Assembly (NCBI RefSeq): GCF_006345805.1
Contig: NC_043005.1
Coordinates: forward strand, 101,432,001 to 101,496,000
Reading direction: 5' to 3'
DNA from: Octopus sinensis
Taxonomy: Eukaryota
Length of the DNA: 64,000 nt
Numbering within the stretch: position 1 is the first letter of the stretch; each line of letters opens with the position of its first letter. Under the pieces are notes generated by a model. That model did no database searches. It saw only the letters and a list, made by a program, of their open reading frames with translations, and was not told where the DNA came from. The translations under genes and the position numbers were made by a program. Below, piece by piece: positions 29,641-42,890 of this stretch.

Positions 29641-29952
29641 AAGGTGGCGAGCTGGCAGAAACGTTAGCACACCGGGCGAAATGCGTAGCCGTACATCTTC
29701 TGCTGGGCGGCGAGCTGGCAAGGGCGGCGAGCTGGCAGAAACGTTAGCACGCCGGGTGAGATGCTTAGCGGTATTTCGTCTGTCGTTACGTTCTGAGTTC
29801 AAATTCCGCCGAGGTCGACTTTGCCTTTCATTCTTTCGGGGTCGATAAATTAAGTACCAGTTTCGTACTGGGGTTGATGTAATCGACTTAATCCCTTTGT
29901 TTGTCCTTGTTTGTCCCCTCTATGTTTAGCCCCTTGTGGACAGTAAAGAAAT
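29641..29952 (+). mobile_element. SINE family B with reiterated 5' head
   Basis: The head motif GGCGAGCTGGCA occurs three times (29641-29740) before one full body. Confidence 0.86.
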
Positions 29953-30589
29953 ATATACGCACTGCTGTATGTGTATAAAATCTAACTAAAAGCGATTTTT
30001 TTTGCTTTTATAAATGTAAATTAGATTTTTGCCCAAGACTCTTATGTTTTAGAGTTAATATTATTCCCCCTCTTAAACGTGGATGCTCTGTTCGGAATAC
30101 TGCCTTTGTCGCTAGTACACAAACACACACACACACACTCACACCACAAAGAGCTTTTTTTCAAATCGTGTTATCTTCACAGGAACATTAATGTTTCCCC
30201 CACAAAGTGTCAAGTTACTTTGTTTTAATTATATTTTCATTAATTGACTTTTGACCCTACCTTTTTTTTTGTTTGGTCACGTGAATGGATTTTGCGCCCA
30301 ATATCAATATTTATTACTTCAATTTACAGGGAATTTTTTTCTTTTCTATTTTTCTCTCTCTCTCTATTCTTTTTTCCAATGTTCTTTCCAGAGATACGTG
30401 TTGTACATAACACCTGGTGCTGACACATTACCAGTGAAGTGTACATGTGCTGTAATACATAATTTATGTCAGGTCTGTTCGTGTCTGTTTGTCGGCATAT
30501 GTTTAATATTATACAACACAACAAACTTTTGATTTCCACCGTACATTTCGGTCAATGCTTTATCAATTCTCTTTTCTTGAGATAGTAAA

Positions 30590-30605
30590 TTTATTATTAT
30601 TATTA

Positions 30606-30670
<65 letters not shown>

Positions 30671-30685
30671 TTTATTATTTTATTA

Positions 30686-30739
<54 letters not shown>

Positions 30740-30740
30740 C

Positions 30741-30788
<48 letters not shown>

Positions 30789-30856
30789 GTCATCATCATC
30801 ATCATGGTTGTTGTTGTTTTTGCTGTTGTTGTTGTTGTTGTTGTTGGTGCTGTTGT
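30590..30856. repeat. compound (TTA)n(TCA)n(TTG)n repeat
   Basis: Directly visible. Confidence 0.97.
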
Positions 30857-30859
30857 ATA

Positions 30860-31060
30860 AAGGCGGCGAGCTAGCGGAAACGTTAGCACGCTTAGCGGCA
30901 TTTCGTCTGTCTTTACGTTCTGAGTTCAAATTCCACCAAGGTTGACTTTGTTTTCCATCCTTTAGGGATCGATAAAAGAAGTACCAGTTACGTACTGGGG
31001 TCGATGTAATCGACTAGCGCCTCCCACCAAATTTCAGGCCTTTTACCTATAGTAGATAGA
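30860..31060 (+). mobile_element. SINE family B variant with a different 3' tail
   Basis: Head and core as family B, then a different tail (aaatttcaggcctt...) ending in (TTA)n. Similar decayed copies at ~32095-32310, ~32350-32570 and ~33690-33850. Confidence 0.75.
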
Positions 31061-31110
<50 letters not shown>

Positions 31111-31111
<1 letters not shown>

Positions 31112-31662
31112 GAGTGAGAGAGCAGTGCATGCCATCAAAGTGACACTGGGGTAAAATATACGAAGCCCAATATACCCATCATGACTACCCGTCTGATAAG
31201 GGTACACCAGGCACATGCATCACAACCATGTGTGCGCGACATGGTGATTTCATATCAAGATAAACAGCACATGACCTTGCAGGTGGGGCCCAGTTAGAAT
31301 TTTCTTCTGGTCGAGTAGCCCATCCCGCTCAAAAGGTCCCTGAATAAGGGTTGTTTAAGGATGTTGAACGAAACACCCATGTTTCCAGAGGTGAATTATT
31401 CAAACCCCAAAGAATCCCTCTCAACACATGTCTATGATGCTCACCCACTACTTCTGCTTATGATCAGAGATGCACATATCATCAGCCAACAAGGGACATG
31501 CTCAACTGGTTAAGGTCAAACAACTGACAAGCAAATCTGTGGTATTGAGCAGAATATTTGCTGTAGCCCATCTTTTATACCAAGACAAAACAATGTACAT
31601 AACACTTCCAATCAGTTAAGATCAGAAGCCATGAGAGCCACTGCCTGGTACTGCATCAGGGC

Positions 31663-31665
<3 letters not shown>
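31111..31665. mobile_element. ~555-bp element inserted within a (TTA)n tract
   Basis: Complex sequence bounded on both sides by (TTA)n (31062-31110 and 31666 onward); family not identified. Confidence 0.45.
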
Positions 31666-31757
<92 letters not shown>

Positions 31758-31965
31758 TTATTATTATTATTATTATTATTATTATCATTATTATTATTAT
31801 TTACAGGACTGAGGTAACTCCTCCAAAATATATAGAAGCAAAAAAGAAGAGTACCATTGTCATCAAGTGAACGATATTTCCACATCTCGTGTCTTCCACA
31901 GGTTCAAAAAAGAAACGAGTCAATCTACTTCATTTCGGTTAATATTTATAGAAAGACAATGGCAC

Positions 31966-32089
31966 TCTTCTTCTTCTTCTTCTTCTTCTTCTTCTTCTTC
32001 TTCTTCTTCTTCTTCTTCTTCTTCTTCTTCTTCTTCTTCTTCTTCTTCTTCTTCTTCTTCTTCTTCTTCTTCTTCGTTGTTGTTGTTGT
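31966..32089. repeat. (TTC)n followed by (TTG)n
   Basis: Directly visible. Confidence 0.97.
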
Positions 32090-32573
32090 GATTAGGTTTG
32101 TGGCTTGGCGCAGTAGTTTGAGCGTCTCAAAAATACTTTGCGGTATTTGTACAGCTTCTTTAAGTTCTGAGTTCAAATCCATGGAGGTCAATTTTGCCTC
32201 CAATTGCTTTCGGGGTTTATGAAATAAAATATCAATCAAATACTGGAGTCAACGTAATCGACTAACACCCGCACCTCAAAACCGCAGGCTTTGTGTCTAT
32301 ATCAGAAACCACTAAATGTAATGGTTCCATCGCAATGGTTCAATGTTTAAGGCGCCAAACTGGCGGAATCGATAACGCATTGGACGGACAAAATGTTTAG
32401 CGGCATTTCTTCCGGTTCTTTACGCTCTCAATTCAAATGCAGCCGAGACTGACTTTGCTTTTCATCCTTCCTAAGTCTATAAAATAAATACCAGACAGTC
32501 CTGGATCGGTGTAACTGACCGACCCCTCAGCTAAAAATGCTGGCCTTGGGCCAAACCCTGAAACCATTATTAC

Positions 32574-32611
<38 letters not shown>

Positions 32612-33445
32612 TATTATTATTATTATTATTATTATATGTTTGACTTTTGATTTGTATTTGTAGAAGCTGGCTCCAAGTCTCACCCAGAGACCTCGAGAGA
32701 CAACAAGTTAGAAGTTTCATGTTGGTGTTATGCCTAGGGTGTCACATATTTGCTTTTGTACAGAGTATTGTTCTAGAGAATGTTAACAATCCTGCCAGCT
32801 TGCCGCCTTGGACACCTAGTTATTAATATGAAGCTAAACATTCCAAGATACTCTGGAACTGATATTCCGGACATTTAAGTGAACTGACGCTGTGTAGAGC
32901 AGAGTTTTTTCTAGTTCCAGAGGAGACTCAGCGACGGATTCGAACACGTGGTCCATGTGCAAATAGTTCAATGACTCAGCCATACCGTTCTTACTATATT
33001 TACTTTTATAACATTGTTGGACCGTTATTAAGATTTTCTTTAGTTCCTTTTGGATTCTTGTACATTTTCAGGAGATTTCTAGAGGCTTTTCAACAAAATT
33101 CCTCTCAGAGAATCTTTCTAGTTATCACTCGTGATACAAATATCTTACAGAACAAACAACCTTAGAAGATATTATAATTAGAGTCTGCGTCCAAATACTC
33201 TGTATTATAGTTTCAGTACCATCATGTTTTCATTTGACCCAATACAATTACCAATAAAGTTTATAATCTCTGTAATGCAGGACCAACTCCGACTTTCCAG
33301 ACATTGATAGTCCGGGATCTCTTTTCCACACTTACGAGCTCGAACTTCAGATAACTGCGGTCACCAGACTAGATTACTGGGCGGCTCTGTTCCACACTAC
33401 CTTGTGCTGTACAGGATTAAAAACCTTGTGATATTTATGCTATCG

Positions 33446-33678
33446 AAGGTGGCGAGCTGATAGAATCGCTAGCACTCCGGGCGAAATGTTTTGCGGTATT
33501 TCGTCTGCCGTTACGTTCTGAGTTCAAATGCCGCCGAGGTCGACTTTGCCTTTCATCCTTTCGGGGTCGATTAAATAAATATCAGTTACGCACTGGGGTC
33601 GATATAATCGAATCAATCTGTTTGTCTGTCCTTGTTTGTCCTCTCTGTGTTCAGCCCCTTGTGGGTAGTAAAGAAATA
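33446..33678 (+). mobile_element. SINE family B
   Basis: Full-length copy of the family B consensus. Confidence 0.86.
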
Positions 33679-33886
33679 GGTATTTTACCCGTCACCACGT
33701 TCTGAGTTCAAATACCGCCGAGGTCACGTTTGCCGTTCATCATTTCGGAGACAATAAAATAAGTACCAGTTGAACACTGAGGTCGATGAAATCGACTCAT
33801 CCCCTCCCACAGAATTGCTGCCCTTGTGGCAAAATTTGAAACCGTTATTTATACTAATGTACAAGTACTTGTATTTCATTCAATTA

Positions 33887-34275
33887 CTAGCAGTATCGCC
33901 CGGCGTTGCTCGGGTTTGTTTCGACCTTTTAGAATTGGAATTTTTGAAAAGTAAAAATTTTGCATTATGTAGCTTGTTATTCTCTTTCAGTGAACATTTT
34001 TCTGGTTGAAATACACTGAAAATGGCGACACAGCAGTCAAAAATCGTACAAAATAGGGATTTTCATAGAAAAAAAGCACCTTTTTGATGTAAATAATTTT
34101 TGGTGTTAACATTGTCCGATTTGGATTTTTCTTCTACGGAAGGAAGAGCAGGCCTTCTTCTATCATACTCTCAATTTTGGTCAACTTGCGTCGCAGGGTC
34201 TCGGAGGAGATAGTGTTAGTTGAAGGCTACCAAACCTACCATACACAGACAACTTCAGCTTTATATAGAGAGAGA
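33887..34275 (-). mobile_element. non-autonomous Helitron-like element
   Basis: A|TC start, subterminal hairpin CCCGAGCAACGCCGGG, CTAG|T end, no TSD. Closely similar copy at 41036-41414. Confidence 0.8.
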
Positions 34276-34703
34276 TTAAAGTAAATTTAATGTGTTTAAT
34301 TTAGAGTGTGTTGAACACGATGATCACCCATAATACGAAGAGCGTCTGTAATTCGAAAAGTTTTGGAAGCAAAGGCTTTGGAAAATTAAATGTTGTACCT
34401 GTATACGCGTATGACTGAATGCTTATGGAATTTCTTTCGCAACAGCGAAGTCGCAGGTTCTACTCTATAGATGGTATCTGAAGAAAATGTCATTTTCGTT
34501 CGCTTCTAGTCTTTTAATACCTTATAAGTGAAATTGGGTGGACCAAAACGATCGGACGGACGATGATTGTAATTGAAAGGTGCACCCTTGTCATAAACTG
34601 TGTTACCCTGATTCTGTTCGTGAATTACTTCAATGGTACATCTGTCTGTAGCATTTCAGGGCCACTTATAAGTTATTTCGATAAGCAGGAAATCTAGTTG
34701 GCA

Positions 34704-34936
34704 AGGCTGTGAGCTGGCAGAAACGTTAGCGCGCCGGGCGAAATGCTTAACAGTATCTCATCTGCCGCTACGTTCTGAGTTCAAATTCCGCCGAGGTCGA
34801 CTTTGCCTTTCATCCTTTCGGGGTCGATGAATTAAGTACCAGTTACGCACTGGGGTCGATGTAATCGACTTAATCCCTTTGTCTGTCCTTGTTTGTCCCC
34901 TCAATGTTTAGCCCCTTTGTGGGCAATAAAGAAATA
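34704..34936 (+). mobile_element. SINE family B
   Basis: Full-length copy of the family B consensus. Confidence 0.88.
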
Positions 34937-35438
34937 GGAAACCTAGTTGGCATAAAAATTCAATCCATACTGTTGAAATCGACGGAAATCCATCCATATC
35001 TTGTGCAATATTTTATCCATATATAGAAATTCGGTGCCTTGTTATAGGATATATTGCCAATTAGTAAAACTTCCTAGAATAGTATATATTTGCTCCGGTT
35101 CTTTACGCGTTATTTCATTAGACCGGCAATTTAGCTGATCGAACTGACGGAGATCCATTCATCTATCCGTGAATACATATATATAATAAATATATATATA
35201 AAGAGAAAGATAGACAAACGGACAGAAGTTCAGTAATGGGATGTACTGTCATGTAGCAGCATCCTTATATTTGGGGGTTGACCCTGTAATCTCCTTTTTC
35301 GTATTCCTTCTCCGAATACAAATCATAACTTTCTAAATATAGACTTTTTATTTTTGATATTTGTCTGCAAATTGTACGTTTTTTTAATTTTATTTTGTGT
35401 TTTTATAACACTACAGTTACAGATCAGTAGAACTCAGG

Positions 35439-35439
<1 letters not shown>

Positions 35440-35477
<38 letters not shown>

Positions 35478-35539
35478 ATACACACACTCATATATATATA
35501 TATGTATGTATATGTATATATATACATATATATACATGC

Positions 35540-35599
<60 letters not shown>

Positions 35600-35660
35600 T
35601 TATATACATATATATATGCATGTATATATATGAATATATACATATATATTCATATGTATG

Positions 35661-35751
<91 letters not shown>

Positions 35752-35795
35752 GAGAGGGAGAGGGAAGAGAGAGAGAGAGAGAGAGAGGGAGAGAG
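35440..35795. repeat. (TA)n-rich compound microsatellite followed by (GA)n
   Basis: Directly visible. Confidence 0.95.
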
Positions 35796-36481
35796 TGATG
35801 TATATGTACGTATTTATTGTTGGCAACAGAGCTCTGTTATTGAATCAACTATTCAGCAATCTATTCTGAGGTCATTTTGTAAAGATATTCAATATTTTGG
35901 CTAAGTTTTCTTGTGACGTATCCAGACGCGAGAGCCAAACTTCTTGCCTTGCCAAATCCCTGTTTAACTTAAACCCCATCCACTTCTTGCCTTTTAGAAT
36001 GTTCTCTGATTTTTACAGTAGAAATCATCCTCTATTTTCAATCTGTCCCTTATTAATTGATTGTAAAAGTACCAGTTATGATATAGGGTCGATTAAATCG
36101 AGTTGTACACGCCATAGCTTCTGGTTTTGTGGCTTTCTGCCAGTCTTATAGACTACTTCTATCAACAACTACACGAATTATTTTAATTCTCTTAACCTAC
36201 ATCATATATCAGGTAAAGGCAATCTTCTCATTGTTTACATTAGACGTATTCGGATATGAAGCTTTGTAACAAATCAGTGCTGGCTTTAATTACTATTGAA
36301 AATCTGTAGAGATAACCTTGAAAAGGGTTCTATTATAATTTCGAGATCTTTGTAGTTGACCAATTTTCAGCTTATCTCTGGTCGCCGGATATGGTTAAAA
36401 AGTCTATCAAAGTAGATACATTTTTCATTCTTGTCTTCATGATATCTAGAGGGTTCACTAGATTTCTCTGTCTCTGTTGGT

Positions 36482-36943
36482 CAGTGGTTCTTAACCCGAG
36501 CATTAACAACTCTTTGTGGGCGTTCTGAGTTCCAAAGAAGACGGTAAATACCAAGTGGGTGTTCAAAAGAGTCGAGGTTTTTATTAGGAAATATTTAAAT
36601 CAAGTTCTGTGTTTGTTTTAAACACGTTTAAAAAATCCTTTTTCGAGATCAAATTATTGAATAGACGAATGAGTTATCAGTGAACAACAACGTGGCCATA
36701 GTCCAATATAATTTCATTCGTTTTCTTTACTTTAGTAATTTCCATAAAAACTTTACAGATGGGGTAGGCTGATGAAATAATATTAGAAAAAAGGATAATA
36801 ATAAACTACACAAAATTAGCTTGTTTGATTAAAATTATTTCCTTTTGACCTTTCTTTTTTCTCCTAAAACATGGAGAAAGGATGTTTGCAAATCTCTATT
36901 CGATGTAAGAAGTTTCTGAGCTACAAGAGTTTGCGAACCACTG
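36482..36943. mobile_element. hAT-like MITE (old)
   Basis: TIRs CAGTGGTTC / GAACCACTG; flanks CTGTTGGT / ATGTAGGT (6/8 match). Confidence 0.6.
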
Positions 36944-37022
36944 ATGTAGGTGGGCAAGTGTGTGTGTGTGTGCGTGTGTGTTCTAGATTATCGTAGTTGT
37001 ATCATTAACACATAGCGACTTC

Positions 37023-37453
37023 CAGCTCTGGATTAACCATTAAGCAAAATAAGCACGTACTTAGGGCATCAAGGGAAGGAGGGGGCACCACAGAAATGGT
37101 AAATGGTTTATGGCACAAAAGAAATCACTTTAAACTTGCTAAAATAATATTCGGGATGCCTTTATCCCTTCTAAGTATAGATGCAGATGTGTTACCTAAG
37201 ATTAATTTTGAGGATCTGATCAAAGACTTTGCAATTCAGAAAAGTAGGAGGAAACTTTTCAAATATGAATAAAGTGGAAGGAGACAAAAATAAACATTAT
37301 TTTCCTTTCTTACTGTTTTGTTTCGTTTTGAAGAAAAAGTTAAAAAATATTTTATGGTTTGTTATTGTTTATATTTTGAATTATATAATCTTTTATGGGG
37401 GCACCAAATTCGTTTAAGTGTTTAGGGCGTCGATGAGTCTTAATCCGGCCCTG
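37023..37453 (+). mobile_element. internally deleted hAT transposon
   Basis: Perfect 8-bp TSD GCGACTTC (37015-37022 and 37454-37461). TIRs CAGCTCTGGATTAA / TTAATCCGGCCCTG. Internal remnant LSLLSIDADVLPKINFEDLIKDFAIQKSRR resembles the hAT C-terminal dimerisation region. Confidence 0.85.
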
Positions 37454-38754
37454 GCGACTTCGCATAATATCATTTCATATCATTTCGGTTTTCATCTAAA
37501 ACGTGTATTTCTCTCTCATGCATTAGGTTATGATTTATAGGAATTGTTCCTAATATTGAATGCAATGGAGAGAAATAATAGTATTCCTAAATATATTGTT
37601 TCATCCATTTAGGTTCTGAGTTGAAAAAGGGGCCAAGGTGAACAGTTTATTGTCAGTGCTGGTATTAGAATTTCAAGGCAGCATCAGGTATTTCTGTTAG
37701 CAACAATGGTAAACGGTGGTGGAAGAGACGATTCTATATCGCAGTAGACATCAGGCTTCTTGGATCTTTTTTGCTGTCACAGTTTTCTATGATTTAATTT
37801 TGCTCCAATTATTTTCAAGTGTGTTATACTGATTCAGTTTTGTATGCTAATTATGAAAATGAAATTAATTTTCGCGTACTAAATTGATAAATAAAATGTT
37901 AATAACTTTTAAAGTTTGCAAACGTTGAGTAATTTTAGTCAATCAAAAGCCACAGACGTATTGGTGCTTTGTTTCCAGTCACAAGCAAAACTGTAGTCTG
38001 CTGTCCAGACACCATCTCCACTTTTAGCCGATGTATTTCTTTGACGACGAATCAAACCTTAACCCTAAAACTAACGAAGTTTTTTGTTTTTTCTTTCTGT
38101 AATTTTTTGAAAAAGATGTCGTTGTGATTTTTTCCTTCTTTTTTTTTCGACCGTTTCACGTGACTACTCATTAAAACTTCTTACGACTTCCGTCGTCGTA
38201 ATTTTTACTTTCATTTTGTGATGGACAACTATCACGCAGAAAATGCCAGCTTCCAAATCTTTTCTGACTGAGTGAAAATATCAAACTTTAAACCTCTGTA
38301 ATATTTTTCTAAAAATTTTCTGGAATAAATGACTCACAAAATCAGATTCTGCGTGAAAAATAACATCGATGAATCTGGAATTTTACACTTAATTTTGAAA
38401 TTTCAAATCCTGTGACAGCAACAGAAAAGATCTGAATTTTATTATTAGATCCGGTTCCAACCGGACAAATGAAATAAGCAGCAGACGATTTCACACACAT
38501 TCCCTGGTCTTAATGGATGCAGTTAAATCTATATGAGAAATAATTACTAAAACAGAGGTCGACAAAATCAACAGACGACCCAAGCAGATGTCTTGGAATG
38601 TTAACTTTCATTCATGAAGAACCGGATTTCAAATTCCGCCGGAGATCCGCTTCATTTTTCATCTATTTTGGAGCGGAATTGACAAAATAATGTACTATGT
38701 CCATTTGCTCAAATTGTACTGCAAATATATGGGAAACTACCACCTGCGTCACCT

Positions 38755-39004
38755 CTTGTGAAAGGTAGGAGAGTCCAGTTTGCTGGACATTGTTGTAGAG
38801 CTGAAAACGCGGCAATTTCTACTCTTCTCCTCTGGAAGCCATCTGCTCGCGATACCAGAGGGCGCACACTCTCCTACCCTGATGTAATCTCCAGGGATAC
38901 AGGCATCCAGCGACTGGACCTCCGTAATGCTATGATGGACCGTGAAGTCTGGCGTAACATAGTAAATTCCATTGTCTCGACCACAGTCGAACAATGATGA
39001 TGAT
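38755..39004 (+). pseudogene. RTE-type LINE 3' end fragment
   Basis: RRVQFAGHCCR...LLLWKP...GRTLSYPDVISRD...AMMDREVWR...* followed by a (TGA)n tail, typical of RTE-clade C-termini. Confidence 0.75.
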
Positions 39005-39243
39005 TCCGTGTAAGATATCTCTTCTGACTTGTTCAAAGGTGATTATCGTTAAAGAAAATAAGGAAACTGAAAAGATATTGTTGTTTTGGTGTTCCAATGT
39101 CAGATTCTGATCTGGTGTCTAAATACTAACAACACATCGTCCAAAAAGAATGGTCGGTATTTATCTGAAACCAAAAAAGTGCTGGAAACCATCAAGTTTA
39201 GCTCTGCTGGACACATCTTTTATTCCGAGTGAAGAGAGGAATG

Positions 39244-39672
39244 GGATCTTTTCGGTTTGAACGGCAGTTTTTTCTAGCGGTGTCATATGAAATTGTCACC
39301 CATAATTATGACCCTAATATCGATCTATTGCATTTCAATCTGTTTTAGGGTTAGTTAGAGTTAGGGTTAGGGGTGGAGGGAAGGGTATCTTTTTTTCTTC
39401 ACAAATGTAAATAAACCCAATCTGTTTCTTAAACGAGGGACATATTCATACGGCACAGAATGTTTTTTTTACCTCAATAGATGTAACTGATTGGTTGAAA
39501 TTGCAGAAATTGAAAAAAAAAACAACAAATATCTTACAAACTATAGAATTTTCTCAATAAAGCCAAGAGAAAAAGATGTTTTCTAAACATATTCTACTAG
39601 TATACAAAGTTAAAATTTTTTTTAGTTACCTAGGAATTATGTTAAAAACTGCCGTTCAAACTGAAAAGATCC
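39244..39672. mobile_element. MITE with ~29-bp TIRs and internal TTAGGG-like repeats
   Basis: GGATCTTTTCGGTTTGAACGGCAGTTTTT ... AAAAACTGCCGTTCAAACTGAAAAGATCC (one mismatch). TTAGGG-like tract at ~39345-39372. Confidence 0.8.
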
Positions 39673-40255
39673 GAAGAATGATGTAGTTCACCAGAAGAGT
39701 AATGAAGATAGAATGCAGGGTTCAAGTATGCTGGACCAATAATTTAGAAACAAATGGAAAGCTTAAAATTTATAATAGATCAATATTTTCGTCTCGAAAA
39801 TAAAAATTGCTGTTGGAAGGAGTGAGAACAGCATGATGTTATCAAATTGAATATTTTTGCCTAAAGATGGTTGAATCTGCGAGACCGACAATTGGGCGTC
39901 GGAGGGAGTCATTTGTAAAACGATGATAGGGTTCTTGGCAGTCACTGAAGAGACTAATATTGCTACCAGTCACTTGGTTATATAGTTTTCCACTTTTGTC
40001 TGCGTGTGACATAGTGGATTTTCACCGAAGAATCCAACCCAATATAAAGTTATCAAGGCGAGTTTTTTTTTATTTTTTATGGCCGTGCCACTGCTTCCAA
40101 CTGTAAAGTGGTACCTCTCCAATGCGAAGCTTAGAGCAACAAATAATTTAGCACCTTTTAGCTGCAAACTATATTACACCCTGTAAAAGCTTGTTACCTC
40201 TTTACTGCAGTGTATATATTACAGCAACAGACTCGCATAAAAAAAAATACAAACA

Positions 40256-40658
40256 GGAATGGCTGTGTGGTAAGTAGCTTGCTTACCAACCACATGGTTC
40301 TGGGTTCAGTCCCACTGCGTGGCACCTTGGGAAAGTGTCTTCTACAATAGCCTCGGGCCAACCAAAGCCTTGAGTGGATTTGGTAAACGGAAAATAAAAG
40401 AAACCCGTCGTATATATGTGTGTGTATGTGTTTATAAGTTTGTGTGTCTGTGTTTGTCCCCCCCCCCCACTCCAACATCGCTTGACAACCGATGCCGGTG
40501 TGTTTACGTCCCCGTAACTTAGCGGTTCGGCAAGAGAGACCGATAGAATAAGTACTAGGCTTACAAAGACTAAGTCCTGGAGTCGATTTGATTGACTAAA
40601 GGCGGTGCTCCAGCATGGCCACAGTCAAATGACTGAAACAAATAAAAGAGTAAAGAGT
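40256..40658 (+). mobile_element. tRNA-derived SINE, family A
   Basis: Full-length copy colinear with 14058-14459. Confidence 0.88.
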
Positions 40659-41035
40659 ATGACCTTTTGGCAAATACACACACACAATTCGTATAATTGC
40701 AGCTCGCCTAATTATCGTTAAAAGCCCTACTAAAGAGATTATTAAAATCAATTTCACTCGTCAAAAATTAATCACTAATATAGAAATTCCGGCTCGCACT
40801 TACTTCTGTATAAGGATATGGATACAGGGACCAGTAGTACTTCTTCCCTTAACATATAGTTCAATGAGATCCCAGATAATCTCATTCAGTTAGAGAACGC
40901 TAAACTGCCAATTTCATAACATTGAAGTAAGAGCAACCTAACTAATTTCCACAACTCATTTTTGCCTTATTTATCTTATCTAGCAATTTACCAGTTCCTA
41001 CATCCGGAAACAATAGTAATAATTTTATTTCTAAA

Positions 41036-41414
41036 CTAGCACTATCGCCTGGCGTTGCTCGCGTTTGTTTCGACCCTTTACAATTGGAATTTTTGAGAAG
41101 TAAAAATTTTGCATTATGTAGCTTATTCTCTGAACATTTTTCTGGTTGAAATACACCGAAAAATGGCGACACAGCAGTCAAAAAATCGTAAAAAATAGGG
41201 GTTTTCATAGAAAAAAAAGCACCTTTTTGATGTAAATAATTTTTGGTGTTAACATGGTCCGATTTGAATTTTTTCTTCTACGGAATGAAGAGTAAGCCTT
41301 CTTCTATCATACTCTCAATTTTGGTCAACTTGCGCCGCAGGGTCTAGGTGATAGTGTTAGTTGAAGGCTACTAAACCTGCCATACACAGACAACTTCAGT
41401 TTTGTATAGAGAGA
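41036..41414 (-). mobile_element. non-autonomous Helitron-like element (same family as 33887-34275)
   Basis: A|TC...CTAG|T termini; colinear with the 33887 copy. Confidence 0.8.
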
Positions 41415-42858
41415 TTAAACACAAATTTAGAAAATTTAAGGCGGATGAGGGTGGTTTATATCAATTACAATACTTGGTTTGTACACTGCATTGTACTGAA
41501 CTTGTAGAGTTGAGGAAAACTTGATCTCGGCGATTTGATGTCAGAACCTACAAGCTAGAATACCCCACCTCTCTCTCTCTCTCACACACACTATGTGCAG
41601 TACATATATCACACAAACTTCATGCATATTCCCAAGCAAGAACGAAGTGACTTGACTTGATAAAATACGGTATTGATAGATAACGGTGCACTTTTCAACC
41701 GGTGTTGGTTTGTTTACGTCCCTGATTTTTCAGCGTTTTTGGCAAAAAGACACCGATGGAACAAATACCAGGTTAGGTGAAAAGTATCGGGGCCGATTTG
41801 TTCGATTAAAACCCATCGAGGCGGTGTTCCAGCATGGCCGCAGTCTAATGACCGAAACAAGTGAATGGTAAAAGATAAGTCAACTCTCAAACTCACATCG
41901 TAAAGGGAGGTAACTAAATACCAAAAATCATTGTTCAGCCCAATTTCTGTTAATATTTCGATGCTTCTGTTCAACCCAAATCAACACCAATCTTTAGCTG
42001 CCATTTATCTTAATGACATCAAAAGAAAGGCAAAGTTGACCCTGTCCAAATTTGAACTCAGATTAAAATAAAATGCTCAAAAGTTGTTGTTATGTTCTTC
42101 TGGCTATAACAACATGACTTTTAATAAAAACATTTTTCACAGCTGAACCATTTAGCTATGTGATAATAATTGCTACATCTTGTCAGATGATAGTTATTTC
42201 ACAGATAGTGAAACATCTGCACGTCATTGGATTTAGGTGACAAAAGCTTGTACAACACTTGTGATCCTCCTTTGGTCACCACAGTAGGTTCCGGTGATTG
42301 CAAGATGCAGCACCAGTCACTGTAACGTGGTTGGTACTATTTCAACCGAAAGTTTTGTCAGAGTATCTTTCTCTTAGAAGAACTGCTTTGATCACGGCTT
42401 TATCAAAAATAACAAGAGCTTCCTCTAGCCCTGGGAAATCCATTTAACCTGTTCATGGGGCCCGGATAAGAACTACCATTCTGGATCAGAAGAGATGTAG
42501 GAGCAATGGTATTTAAGCGGGTAACTCCACCCCACCACTGGGTGCTGTTTAATGTTATACCCATATATAAGTACATACAAACACATGACAACATAAATAT
42601 GTACATGTGTATATATATATATATATACACACACACATACATATTCATGCATAAATATATACACAGAAGTGTTACGAAAACAAACACAGCACATTTTACC
42701 AACTCATTCAACCACAAATAAATGAGTGAAATTAATTAGCAGCTGGTCACACTTGTCCAGCAATGCCACTCTTAAAACTGACATGGTGATATTCCCTTCC
42801 TAGAAGGATTCACAGACAAACTGGCGATATTAGGAATTGTAAGTGAATACATACACAT

Positions 42859-42890
<32 letters not shown>

